Below, piece after piece: positions 48,774 through 57,965 of a DNA stretch of 64,000 bases; positions within the stretch are counted from its first letter, which is position 1, and every line of letters begins with the position of its first letter. The translations under genes were made by a program, and so were the position numbers. The stretch lies in NCBI GenBank assembly GCA_963736115.1, contig CAVTNR010000002.1, positions 32,001-96,000 on the forward strand, written 5' to 3'. The DNA is from an uncultured bacterium (GTDB taxonomy: Bacteria; Zhuqueibacterota; QNDG01; DTFT01). The notes under the pieces are model-generated. The model did not search any database. It worked only from the letters and a program-made list of their open reading frames with translations, and was not told the DNA's origin.

Positions 48774-51700
48774 ATGAAAAGAACAACCCTGTTTTTCAGC
48801 CTGGCGATTGCCTTCGCCCTGTCCGGAATCCGGCCCCCCGACGCGGGTGCGGCCGGGACCGCGGACTCGCCCGCAAGCCGTTTCGAACGTCTCCGAATGC
48901 ACAGGAACGTATGGCAAAAAGTTCTGGAAAGAAACGCCGGTTTCACGGCCGTCCGGATCTCGAGCGCGGACGACACCACTGGATCCATTTCCGGATTCGT
49001 CCTGGGGCTGGACTCAGTCGCGGTGCAAACCGCTTATGTCGAAGCCATCCCGATCCTCAGCATCGTGGACCGGGACACGGTTTTTGGGCCGAGCCATGGC
49101 GGCGTTTCCCGGGTCAGTCCCGATGACTTGTCATTCTCGATCACCGGCCTGGCTCCAGGCCCGTACTGGGTCTATGCCTGCGCGGACGGTTATACCCCCG
49201 AATACTACAACGGGGGCGGTGATTTCCCGGAAGCGGACACGGTGCATGTGGAGCCTGACCTGGACGTGTCGGGAATCGTTTTCAACCTGCAGAAAATCAC
49301 ACCCGGAACCGGCGGATTATCCGGATTCATTCTGGACGAGGCGGACGGGGCGCCGATCGGGGATGCCTGGGTCACAGCCGTGGCCTCATGGGAGCCCTAC
49401 ACCTATGGCAGGGCAATGACGGATAAACAGGGCCGCTTTGTCATCGGCGGACTGAAATCCGGGGCCTACACGCTTTCCGCGGGCGCTGAGGGATACATCG
49501 AGGAATTCTATTACAATGCGCCTGTCTGGGAGCTCGCCTCAGCCGTGACCGTCACCGAACCGGACACCGTTTCCGGACTCGTCATCCGCCTGACCGAGGG
49601 CGGCACTGTATCCGGACGCGTGACGGACAAGGAAGGAGGCCCCGTCTCCGACGCCTGGATACAGGTTTACTCGGACGCGTCCGGCGATTCGACATGGATG
49701 GATTCGACCCGGACGGAGGCGCGCAAGTTCGATGCCGGCGCCTCCACGGAAGAGGACGGCACTTACCGGATCACCGGCATACCGGAGGGCGAATACTTCG
49801 TCACCGCTTACTCACAGTGGAATCCCTGGATGCAGAACCAGATTTGGTACGACGGCGCGACGGATCCCTCGTCCGCGACGCGGGTTCCGGTCCGATCCGG
49901 AGTTGAAACGCCGGGCATCGATTTCGTTTTCGATTTCACCGCTGCGGACGGCTCCGTTTCCGGACGCGTCACCGATCTGGACGGCAGGCCGATCGAGTAT
50001 GCGCAAGTCCAGCTTTTTTCGGACGGATCCGACGCCTGGGGGAACTCGATTTGGATGACCGCCTCGACCGACGCGAACGGCGATTACAGCCTGTATTTCG
50101 TCCCAGAAGGCCGGTATTATGTCAACTGCTGGGCCCAGGCCGGATGGTCGAGCGTATTCCGCTACTGGCCCGATTCCGAGGATTTCGCGGGCGCACAGTT
50201 GATTTCCGTAGATGGTGTCACCGCGGTAGCCAACGTGGATTTCATTCTGCCGTTGGCGCCGGGCACGGCTTCCGTTGAGGGAACCGTGACCGATGCCGCC
50301 GGACATCCGCTGACCGGCGCGTATGTTGAAATCAATCCATTCCAGTCCGGAGCCGCGGACTCAGGCAAGTCGGGAAAGGAGTTCTGCGCCTGGGCATATT
50401 CGGACAGCGACGGCGTGTACCGGGTGAAGGGACTGCCCGCGGGACCGGTTCAGGTCCATTGCTCCTACTGGGAAAACGAAAGCCGCGGCGAGGAATGGTA
50501 CAGCGGCGCGTCCGTCCCTGAAGATGCGGATCCGGTGACCCTGTCGGACGGCCAGATGGTATCCGGCATCGATTTCAGCCTGACGGTCCGCCGCTTCTAC
50601 GGCAGCATCGCGGGAACCGTCATGGACGCGGAAACCGGAGCCCCGGTTCCGGGTGCGGTGGTGGAGATTCAGCCGCTTCGGTCCGATTGGGTCGGTTTCT
50701 GGCGGGGCACGATGAAAACCACACTGATCACGGACGCGGAGGGGAAGTACAGCGCGGAACGGCTGCTGCCCGGCGTCTATCTTTTGTCCGCCTATCGGAA
50801 AGGCGGATTCTCCTATTACCGGAACGCACCTGTTCCGGAGATGGCGGATTCCATGGCTCTGGAAGGAGGCGGGGAATTGACCGCCGATTTCAGCCTGGTT
50901 ATCCGGAATGAAGGCCCCGGTATCATCCGCGGCACCGTGACGTACGGACTCGGAGGCCCCCTGAGAGGCGGGTTGGAGGAAACCGGACCGGACGGCACGT
51001 CTGCGGGCCGGTCGCGTCTGCTCAAGGCCGACTCGGATATGCCGTTCCCGTATGCGGTCGTCATCGCCAAGCCCGTGGTCACCATCCAATCATGGCCCGA
51101 ATCCGAGCGGTTCTACAACACCTTATCGGCTCAGGACGGTTCCTACGAACTGACCGGACTGCCCGCGGGTGAATACTACGTCTGGAGCTTCGGCGGCTCA
51201 ACAGCACCCCAGTACTGGGATCATACCACGGATCCCGCTCAGGCGCAAACCATCCAGGTTGAAGCAGGCACGCCCGCGGATGGCGTCGATTTCGAGCTCG
51301 ACCAGATGCTGTTCTACGCATTCGACGCCATCGCGCCCGGCCGCAATCAGAACGCCGCATCCGTGCATGGAACCGTGCAGGACGGAAGCGGCGAACCGGT
51401 TTCATCCGCGGTCGTGCTTCTCCTGAACATCAGCGGACAGGCCGTGTCTTCCGCGGTCACGGGGCCGGACGGCGTCTATGCGCTTTCGGCCGCGGCCGGA
51501 GACTACGTTCTGCAGGCGGGTAAACTCGGGTACGGCACGGCTTTCAACGGCGGCGCCAAAAGCGCGGAGGAAGCGGTAGCCGTGAGGCTTGAAACCGGTT
51601 CCCTTGAGGTGAACTTTTCTCTCGGCGCGGCAAGCGCGGTCCCGCAGGGGCCGGTTCTTCCGGACCGGATGACCCTCGACGGAAATTATCCCAACCCGTT

Positions 51701-51941
51701 CAACCCCTCCACCGTGATCCGGTTCGCATTGCCCGCGGCCGGGAGGGCGAAGCTGACCGTTCTGGACGGCAGGGGCCGGACCCTCCGCGTTCTGATGGAC
51801 GGTCGTATTGCGGCGGGCCGCCATCAGGCGGTCTGGAACGCCACGGACGGGAACGGCCGGCCGGTCCCGAGCGGTTTGTATTTCTATCGGCTGCAGACCG
51901 GCGAAGGAACGCGGACAGGCAAGATGCTGTTCCTTCGCTGA
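48774..51941 (+). CDS. Large secreted protein with about 7 carboxypeptidase-regulatory-like (CnaB-type) repeats and a FlgD/T9SS-type C-terminal domain
   Basis: Repeated SGRVTD...G.Y...GL..G.Y...YY.....A..V units; NYPNPFNPST...SGLYFYRL. Confidence 0.85.
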   Translation: MKRTTLFFSLAIAFALSGIRPPDAGAAGTADSPASRFERLRMHRNVWQKVLERNAGFTAVRISSADDTTGSISGFVLGLDSVAVQTAYVEAIPILSIVDRDTVFGPSHGGVSRVSPDDLSFSITGLAPGPYWVYACADGYTPEYYNGGGDFPEADTVHVEPDLDVSGIVFNLQKITPGTGGLSGFILDEADGAPIGDAWVTAVASWEPYTYGRAMTDKQGRFVIGGLKSGAYTLSAGAEGYIEEFYYNAPVWELASAVTVTEPDTVSGLVIRLTEGGTVSGRVTDKEGGPVSDAWIQVYSDASGDSTWMDSTRTEARKFDAGASTEEDGTYRITGIPEGEYFVTAYSQWNPWMQNQIWYDGATDPSSATRVPVRSGVETPGIDFVFDFTAADGSVSGRVTDLDGRPIEYAQVQLFSDGSDAWGNSIWMTASTDANGDYSLYFVPEGRYYVNCWAQAGWSSVFRYWPDSEDFAGAQLISVDGVTAVANVDFILPLAPGTASVEGTVTDAAGHPLTGAYVEINPFQSGAADSGKSGKEFCAWAYSDSDGVYRVKGLPAGPVQVHCSYWENESRGEEWYSGASVPEDADPVTLSDGQMVSGIDFSLTVRRFYGSIAGTVMDAETGAPVPGAVVEIQPLRSDWVGFWRGTMKTTLITDAEGKYSAERLLPGVYLLSAYRKGGFSYYRNAPVPEMADSMALEGGGELTADFSLVIRNEGPGIIRGTVTYGLGGPLRGGLEETGPDGTSAGRSRLLKADSDMPFPYAVVIAKPVVTIQSWPESERFYNTLSAQDGSYELTGLPAGEYYVWSFGGSTAPQYWDHTTDPAQAQTIQVEAGTPADGVDFELDQMLFYAFDAIAPGRNQNAASVHGTVQDGSGEPVSSAVVLLLNISGQAVSSAVTGPDGVYALSAAAGDYVLQAGKLGYGTAFNGGAKSAEEAVAVRLETGSLEVNFSLGAASAVPQGPVLPDRMTLDGNYPNPFNPSTVIRFALPAAGRAKLTVLDGRGRTLRVLMDGRIAAGRHQAVWNATDGNGRPVPSGLYFYRLQTGEGTRTGKMLFLR

Positions 51942-52011
51942 TACCGGATCCGAATCTGTCAGCGAGCGTATTCCCCGGCTTCGCCGGACCAAGCTATCGG
52001 ATTATTTCATT

Positions 52012-52092
52012 ATTGAAGGCCCGCGGCTTGTCTTCAATAACTTAGAAATACAATAGCTTGATCCCGCGCAGCGGGCGGCGGGGAGCTTCAAT
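52012..52092. mobile_element. Inverted copy of 16391-16472 (palindrome plus nested micro-element)
   Basis: ATTGAAGGCCCGCGGCTTG-[TCTTCAAT-N16-AGCTTGATCCCGCGCAGCGGG]-CGGCGGGGAGCTTCAAT. Confidence 0.7.
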
Positions 52093-52159
52093 CCAGTCAG
52101 GCCGGCTCCATTGGAGCCGGCTTTTTTATTCATCAAACGCATGCGGACCCGCCCCCTCC

Positions 52160-52436
52160 GTGGGTCCGAACTGCCTCGCATCCTCTCGGCGAGGCTATCG
52201 GCCATAAGGGATATCAGTTCCGAGTTCCATGTCTGCGACATCGAATTGGTTTTCCGTAGGGGCGACGCGGCGCGGCGCCCCTACAATCCGGTCGGACAGG
52301 GATATGGATTTCAGATGAGGCCGTAGGTCCGATATGCCGAGTCCCGCATTTACGGGACGAGGCTATCGGACAAAAAAAGCCTCCTCCGGAAGCGTCCGAA
52401 AGGCTCGCTGGGATGCGCGAGCCATTTCGGACCTAC
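52160..52436. repeat. Cluster of GTAG REPs
   Basis: GTAGGGGCG...CGCCCCTAC at 52256-52284; family C inverted pair 52323-52371 / 52394-52436; degenerate copy near 52160. Confidence 0.75.
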
Positions 52437-52520
52437 GCTTGCCAGGCCAGGGAGCCATCCGAACTTATTCGGAGAGGCAGATCGGACCCTCTGGACAATT
52501 GTGACAAAAAAGAAAAATAC

Positions 52521-52549
52521 TTGACAATGACGTAAAAATTGAATATGAT
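52521..52549 (+). promoter_or_regulatory. Sigma70 promoter TTGACA-N17-TATGAT
   Basis: Ends 13 bp upstream of the SDR start (possibly near-leaderless). Confidence 0.6.
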
Positions 52550-52562
52550 ATTATATTAGAAA

Positions 52563-53426
52563 ATGGAATGGTTCAACGGTAAAAAAGTCTTCATCACCGG
52601 CGGCTCGAGCGGCATCGGAAAAGCCACCGCCCTGCGTCTGGCCTCCTGGGGCGCCGATGTCTGCATCGCGTCCCGAGGCTTGGACCGCCTGGAATCGGCT
52701 CTCGCCGAGATTCGCAGCCGCTCCGTCCGTCCCGATCAGCGGCTCCTGGCCCTTCCACTGGACGTGACCGACGTCAAGCAATGCCACGCCACGGCCGCGA
52801 AAGCCGTGTCCGCCCTGGACGGCATCGATGTGCTGATCAACAACGCCGGCGCCTCCTGGCCGGGCTATCTGGAGCGCATCCCGGATGCCGTGTGGGACAG
52901 GCTCATGTCCGTGAACTACATGGGCACGGTCAACTGCACCCGCGCCTTCCTGCCCGCTCTCATCCGCAGGCGGGGCGGCCGAATCGCCAATGTTTCGTCC
53001 GTTCTGGGTTTCATGGGCCTTTTCGGGTACAGCGCGTACGCGGCCAGCAAGTTCGCGGTGGTGGGTTTCTCTGAGAGCATACGCCAGGACCTGCTCCGGT
53101 ACGGCATCCGCATCTCGGTCTACTATCCGCCGGACACGGATACTCCCCTGCTCGAGGAGGAGAACCGGATCAAGCCCGAAGAGACCCGCATCCTGGCCGG
53201 CCGCATCAAGCCGATTTCAGCGGATGAAGCCGCCCTGCACCTGCTCCGCGGCGTGGCGAAAGGGAAATTTGTCATCATTCCCGGATTCATGTCGAAACTG
53301 ACCTATCATCTGAACCGGTACGCGCCTTTCCTGCTTCGCGGTATACTGGACCGGGAGCTGAGGAATTACCAGAAGAAAGCGGAATCCGGAACCGGCGCCG
53401 TGCTGGAGTCGAGACTCAATCCCTGA
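52563..53426 (+). CDS. Short-chain dehydrogenase, 3-ketodihydrosphingosine reductase (KDSR)-like
   Basis: TGGSSGIG, NNAG, YSAYAASK, PPDTDTP..EEENRIKP. Confidence 0.8.
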   Translation: MEWFNGKKVFITGGSSGIGKATALRLASWGADVCIASRGLDRLESALAEIRSRSVRPDQRLLALPLDVTDVKQCHATAAKAVSALDGIDVLINNAGASWPGYLERIPDAVWDRLMSVNYMGTVNCTRAFLPALIRRRGGRIANVSSVLGFMGLFGYSAYAASKFAVVGFSESIRQDLLRYGIRISVYYPPDTDTPLLEEENRIKPEETRILAGRIKPISADEAALHLLRGVAKGKFVIIPGFMSKLTYHLNRYAPFLLRGILDRELRNYQKKAESGTGAVLESRLNP

Positions 53427-53506
53427 AGATCCGACGCATGTCGATCCGCCCGCGCTCGCGGACGGATAGGTGCGACCCGTCCACGCCTAACCCGAAGGAG
53501 GAGTTC

Positions 53507-53716
53507 ATGAGAGTCGTGTCTCTGATAATCGCCGCTGCGGGGGTCATTGTTTTCATCCTGGCCGTTCTCTCCGTCCTCACTCCGCTTCAACTGGGAATCA
53601 CGCCCGGAGGGCTTCTCCGGGGCACGGTATCGCTTTTCCTGATGGCCATCACGGGGATTGTGTACGACAAGGCCTATCCCAGGAAACCGGCGGCGCCCAA
53701 ACGGAAGAGAAAATAG
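53507..53716 (+). CDS. Small 2-TM protein with basic tail
   Basis: RBS AAGGAGGAG; MRVVSLII...PKRKRK. Confidence 0.7.
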   Translation: MRVVSLIIAAAGVIVFILAVLSVLTPLQLGITPGGLLRGTVSLFLMAITGIVYDKAYPRKPAAPKRKRK

Positions 53717-53745
53717 AGGCCGCAGGGCCCGACGCGGGAACCCGT

Positions 53746-53785
53746 AAACCGCTCATGCCGGACAGAAGGCATGGGCGGTTTTTTT
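53746..53785 (+). terminator. Intrinsic terminator
   Basis: AAACCGCTCATGCC...GGCATGGGCGG followed by a T-run. Confidence 0.75.
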
Positions 53786-53871
53786 GTTGCGGCGGAACCG
53801 GACCGCCGGCCCGGTTGCCCCGCATTAGAACCGCTCTGCGCGGTCAACCGGGCGCAGGGAGACCTTTGGCC

Positions 53872-53900
53872 TTGACATTCTCGGGCTGAACAATTATACT
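53872..53900 (+). promoter_or_regulatory. Sigma70 promoter TTGACA-N17-TATACT for arfB
   Basis: Near-consensus boxes. Confidence 0.65.
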
Positions 53901-53947
53901 GAGAAACGAACAACGGCCGGGCCGGAAGCGGGACAGGACATCAAAAT

Positions 53948-54364
53948 ATGCGCTATTTCATCACGAATGACATCTTCATTGACGACCGCGAGATGGACTG
54001 GGACTTCATCCGGTCCTCCGGTCCGGGCGGCCAGAATGTCAACAAGGTCGCGACCGCGGTTCAGCTGCGTTATGACGCTGGACGCTCCCGGTCCCTGCCC
54101 GCGGAGGTCCGGGACAGGCTGATCCGGCTTGCGGGAAAACGCGCGACATCGGACGGGGTCCTGGTGATTCAGGCCCGGCGTTTCAGGACGCAGGAAGCCA
54201 ACAAGAAGGACGCGTTTGGGAGGCTGGAGGAACTGGTTCGGAAGGCGCTGGTCCGTCCGGTTGTGCGACGGCCGACCCGGCCTTCCCGCCGGGCGAAACA
54301 GCGAAGGTTGGAAACAAAAAAGAAGCGGTCGGAATTGAAAAAAACGAGGTCTTATCGGGAATAA
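53948..54364 (+). CDS. arfB: Alternative ribosome rescue factor / peptidyl-tRNA hydrolase
   Basis: RSSGPGGQNVNKVATAV, RTQEAN, basic C-terminal tail. Confidence 0.93.
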   Translation: MRYFITNDIFIDDREMDWDFIRSSGPGGQNVNKVATAVQLRYDAGRSRSLPAEVRDRLIRLAGKRATSDGVLVIQARRFRTQEANKKDAFGRLEELVRKALVRPVVRRPTRPSRRAKQRRLETKKKRSELKKTRSYRE

Positions 54365-54365
54365 A

Positions 54366-54459
54366 GCGGACCTCCCGAAGGCCTTCGACCTTCGGGAGGT
54401 CCGCCTCAGCCCCTGTAACAGAAAGACCTGAAAGGTTTCTGAGACCTTTCAGGTCTTTC
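54366..54459. repeat. Two adjacent palindromes (family A and GAAAGACCTGAAAGGT...ACCTTTCAGGTCTTTC)
   Basis: 54366-54404 and 54421-54459, between convergent genes. Confidence 0.75.
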
Positions 54460-54527
54460 CATTTGACTTCATTCCCCTGCGGAAAACGGAACCCCCGGAA
54501 CACCGGGAACCGGAATCCGAAAATGCC

Positions 54528-55775
54528 TTATCCGACAGCCCCGCCCTCCGTCTCCACGTCCAGTATCACTTCGTGAATCTTGGACCGGCTGATCTTCCGC
54601 ACCGTGAAGGTCAGATTACCGTGCTTCAGCTTACCCTCGGTCTTCGGCCTGTCCTTGCACTGCTTCATCAGCCAGTCGTTGAGAATCATGTCCGATTCGG
54701 GAAGCGCCGGAGCGACGTCCTCCCGGAGCTCGCGAAGCGGAATCCCGCCGCCCACCACGTATCGGTTTTCCGTGATGGGATAGCAGAATGTGGGCAGAAG
54801 ATCGTATTCGTCATTGAGACTCCCCACGATGGACTCCACGATGTCCTCCAGGGTGATCAGGCCGGTCACTTTCCCGGTGTCGTCCCGTACCACCGCGATG
54901 TGCTGGTACCCCTTGGTCAGTTCGGTGAGGATGGCGGACAGCTTCAGCCCCGGTTTAACGGAAGGAATGGGCCGGCTGATGCCGCGCAGGGTCGGATCCT
55001 TGGGGTTCAGCCGAAGGACATTGACGATATCCTTGAAATTGACATACCCGATGACGTTGGCCGGGTCGTTCCCCTCAATGAGGGGGAAACGGGTATGATG
55101 GTGAATGTGGGCCTGAAGAAGCGCGTCCGTGAGCGACATGTCCGTGGAGAGCACTTTCATGTCCTCTCGCCTGACCATGATCTCCCCGACCGTCCGCTTG
55201 GACAGCTTGATGCTGCTCGAAACGATTTTCTCCTGCGCGGGATTGATCATGTTCTGGAGGCTGGCGAACCGGGCCAGAACCGAAATGTCGTTCAACGCGT
55301 CGGCCTCCCCGTGGAGCTTCTTCTTGCCCTCGAACGGCCGATTCATCCACTGCACCAGGCCCAGGTAGGGTGTGAATATCCGGACCAGTACACGCATGGG
55401 CGCCGCGACCAGGGAAGCGAAAAACGTATTGTACTTCACGCCGAGCGTTTTCGGCAGTATCTCCGTCCACTGGATCATCACGAGCGAAAAAACGATGGAA
55501 TACAGCGTCACCCATTTCGTGCCGAACAGTTCAGCGAAATGCGTTCCGGAGACGGCCGCGCCGATCGTGTGGGCGAATGTGTTGATGACCAGAATGACGG
55601 CGATGGGTTTCTGGATGTTCTCGCGGAGGTGTTTCCATGTGGCGCCCGCCTTGGGCCGCTTCTCGGACAGTTCGGCGACGTCCGCCAGGGACAGACTGAG
55701 CGCGCAGGCCTCCAGCAGGGAGCACAGGAACGAGATGGACAGCGCGATGAGAGCGATGAGAAGGAATGTGAGCAT
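54528..55775 (-). CDS. CNNM/DUF21-CBS-CorC family (hemolysin-like) Mg2+ transport protein
   Basis: CSLLEA, NT.AHTIGA, EILPK, TRFP, GLITLEDIVESIVG. Confidence 0.9.
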   Translation of the reverse strand: MLTFLLIALIALSISFLCSLLEACALSLSLADVAELSEKRPKAGATWKHLRENIQKPIAVILVINTFAHTIGAAVSGTHFAELFGTKWVTLYSIVFSLVMIQWTEILPKTLGVKYNTFFASLVAAPMRVLVRIFTPYLGLVQWMNRPFEGKKKLHGEADALNDISVLARFASLQNMINPAQEKIVSSSIKLSKRTVGEIMVRREDMKVLSTDMSLTDALLQAHIHHHTRFPLIEGNDPANVIGYVNFKDIVNVLRLNPKDPTLRGISRPIPSVKPGLKLSAILTELTKGYQHIAVVRDDTGKVTGLITLEDIVESIVGSLNDEYDLLPTFCYPITENRYVVGGGIPLRELREDVAPALPESDMILNDWLMKQCKDRPKTEGKLKHGNLTFTVRKISRSKIHEVILDVETEGGAVG

Positions 55776-55804
55776 GTGAACCTGACCCCCTTCAGAGATA
55801 AAAT

Positions 55805-55874
55805 TGAATGATTAATGATGAATGAAGGAGGGCACAGACATTTTATTCAACACTCATCATTCACCATTTATCAT
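55805..55874. repeat. Inverted heptamer-like arrays (AATGATG-type / CATCATT-type)
   Basis: TGAATGATTAATGATGAATGAA ... TTCAACACTCATCATTCACCATTTATCAT. Confidence 0.55.
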
Positions 55875-57868
55875 CAGTATACTCGTATCGGCATGATGAC
55901 GACCGGAATGGCCTCGAAATGCAGTTTCCGTTGAACGGAGAAAATCGTGTAATTGTGCAGCCAGCGGTAGACGAAGGAGTCCTTCGAAAAAACGAGCTGG
56001 CCGCCGAAGAAGACGGCACCCGGGTATTTTTTCTGGAGTTTCACGGCCAGATCGACCATTTCGTCGACCACGTCGACGCCGATACCGGTCGCGGTTTCGG
56101 CATAAAATCCGTGCTGTTTCATGTACCGGACGTACCGGTCCGCATCGGCCTCCAGCTGTTTCTCAAGCGCCTTGATCTCTTCCGTGCTCCTGAAATTCGC
56201 CGCGTCGACCACTCCAACCCGGACAAACACGAAGTTGCGGAACAGGCCGGAAAAGCCCTTGATCACAGAGAACAAAGTGTGCAGACCCAGGCCGTTGAAT
56301 CCGTTGACGAAGATGACAGCGGTCTTGCCCTTGGGATGACGGCGCACGGACTTGCGTTTCCGGCCCTCGCCATTCTCGGTCAGGGGCACGGAAGGTTCGG
56401 TCACGGGCACCAGCGTGTCCAGGCGCTTCAGCATCTTCTGAACCCGGCCGTAATGACTGCGGACCTTGATGAAAAATGCAGCCAGCACGCCGGTGACGAT
56501 CAGCGTGATCCAGCCGCCTTCATGAAATTTAACCGCCACGACGCTGACGAGGATGAAACTGGTCACCACGAGACCCGTCCCATTGACCAAGAGGCGGCTG
56601 ATCCAGTCCCGATTCCGTCCCCGGTCCCGCAGGGCCTCCCGCACCATGCCCAGCTGGGAGAGGGAAAACGTGATGAACACATTGATGGAATACAGAATGA
56701 CGAGAATGCGCACCGATCCGCCAGTCAGCAGAACAACGGCCAGTGCCGAAACGCCGAGGATCAGCACGCCGTTCTGCGTGACGAAACGGTCCGACAGGGT
56801 TGAAAAACGCGTGGGCACCCAGCGGTCGGTCGCCATGTTGGCCAGCACGCGGGGCCCGCCCAGAAAACCGGTCTGCGCGGCCACGAACAGGAGAACCGCC
56901 TCGGACAGGAGGGTGACAAGCACGAAAACACGACCGGGCGCGCCCCAGCTCCGGGTGATGCTCTCGAACAGAACGGCGTTCAGGGTTTTGCCCGGCTGGA
57001 ACTCGACCTGGTACAACAGATAAGCCACCATCAGGCCCACGGCCATGACCGCCAGGGAAACGGCCATGTACAGCATGGTTCTCTTCGCGGTTTTCACGCG
57101 CGGCTCGCGGAGAATCGGCATGCCGTTGCTGACCGCCTCGATTCCGGTGTAGGTGCCGGCGCCCATGCTGAACGAACGCAGGATGATGAACAGCATGCCG
57201 GCCGCCCCGACTTCGGCCCGGGTCGTGGCCACATCCGCCGATACGCTGGACACGACGGAGGGGAGCTGCATGAGATGGGTCACCAGCGCCACGCCGATGG
57301 CCGCCAGATGGGTTACGATGAAAGTCAGAAAAATGGGAACGATCGGAGCCACTGACTCCCGGACGCCCCTCAGGTTCAGCAGAATCAGCAGAAATACGGA
57401 CAGCACGATGACGACAATGCGGTACGGGAGCCATTCGGACGGCAGAAAACTGAAGAGAGCGTCCGCGCCGCTGGACACGGACACCGCGATGGTCAGCACA
57501 TAATCGATCAGAAGCGCCGAACCGGCCACCATCCCGAGCCCCGGAGAGAGCAGTTTCGAGGCCACAATATAACCGCCTCCGCCCGAGGGGAAACGCTCGA
57601 TGATCTGCATGTAGCTGGCGCTGATGATGAAAATCGTGAAAGCGGACAGAAGCGCAACGATCAGGGAAAGCGCATAATGCCCGTTGAGACCCAGATAGGC
57701 TTCCTGCGGACCGTAACAGGCCGAGGAAATGCCGTCCGCGCCGAGTCCCACCCATGCAAGCAGGGCCACAAGCGACAGCTTGTGAAAAATATTTCGGTCG
57801 TGGAGGTCGCGTTCTTTACCGACGAGCAGGCGGATGAGACGCTGAGGGAGTGTCGGACGGGGCGTCAC
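55874..57868 (-). CDS. APC-superfamily transporter, YdaO/KimA-like (copy 2)
   Basis: DGISSACYG, GGGGY, LIDYVLT, NLRGVRES, TGIEAVSN; start uncertain (GTG 57868). Confidence 0.85.
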   Translation of the reverse strand: MTPRPTLPQRLIRLLVGKERDLHDRNIFHKLSLVALLAWVGLGADGISSACYGPQEAYLGLNGHYALSLIVALLSAFTIFIISASYMQIIERFPSGGGGYIVASKLLSPGLGMVAGSALLIDYVLTIAVSVSSGADALFSFLPSEWLPYRIVVIVLSVFLLILLNLRGVRESVAPIVPIFLTFIVTHLAAIGVALVTHLMQLPSVVSSVSADVATTRAEVGAAGMLFIILRSFSMGAGTYTGIEAVSNGMPILREPRVKTAKRTMLYMAVSLAVMAVGLMVAYLLYQVEFQPGKTLNAVLFESITRSWGAPGRVFVLVTLLSEAVLLFVAAQTGFLGGPRVLANMATDRWVPTRFSTLSDRFVTQNGVLILGVSALAVVLLTGGSVRILVILYSINVFITFSLSQLGMVREALRDRGRNRDWISRLLVNGTGLVVTSFILVSVVAVKFHEGGWITLIVTGVLAAFFIKVRSHYGRVQKMLKRLDTLVPVTEPSVPLTENGEGRKRKSVRRHPKGKTAVIFVNGFNGLGLHTLFSVIKGFSGLFRNFVFVRVGVVDAANFRSTEEIKALEKQLEADADRYVRYMKQHGFYAETATGIGVDVVDEMVDLAVKLQKKYPGAVFFGGQLVFSKDSFVYRWLHNYTIFSVQRKLHFEAIPVVIMPIRVY

Positions 57869-57965
57869 GGGGGGGAGATCGTCCTTATTTTTTGTTTTTT
57901 CTTGAATTGCGTACTGGATCCCATATATGAAAAATACGACATTTGGAATCGACAAGCAAGGGGAA

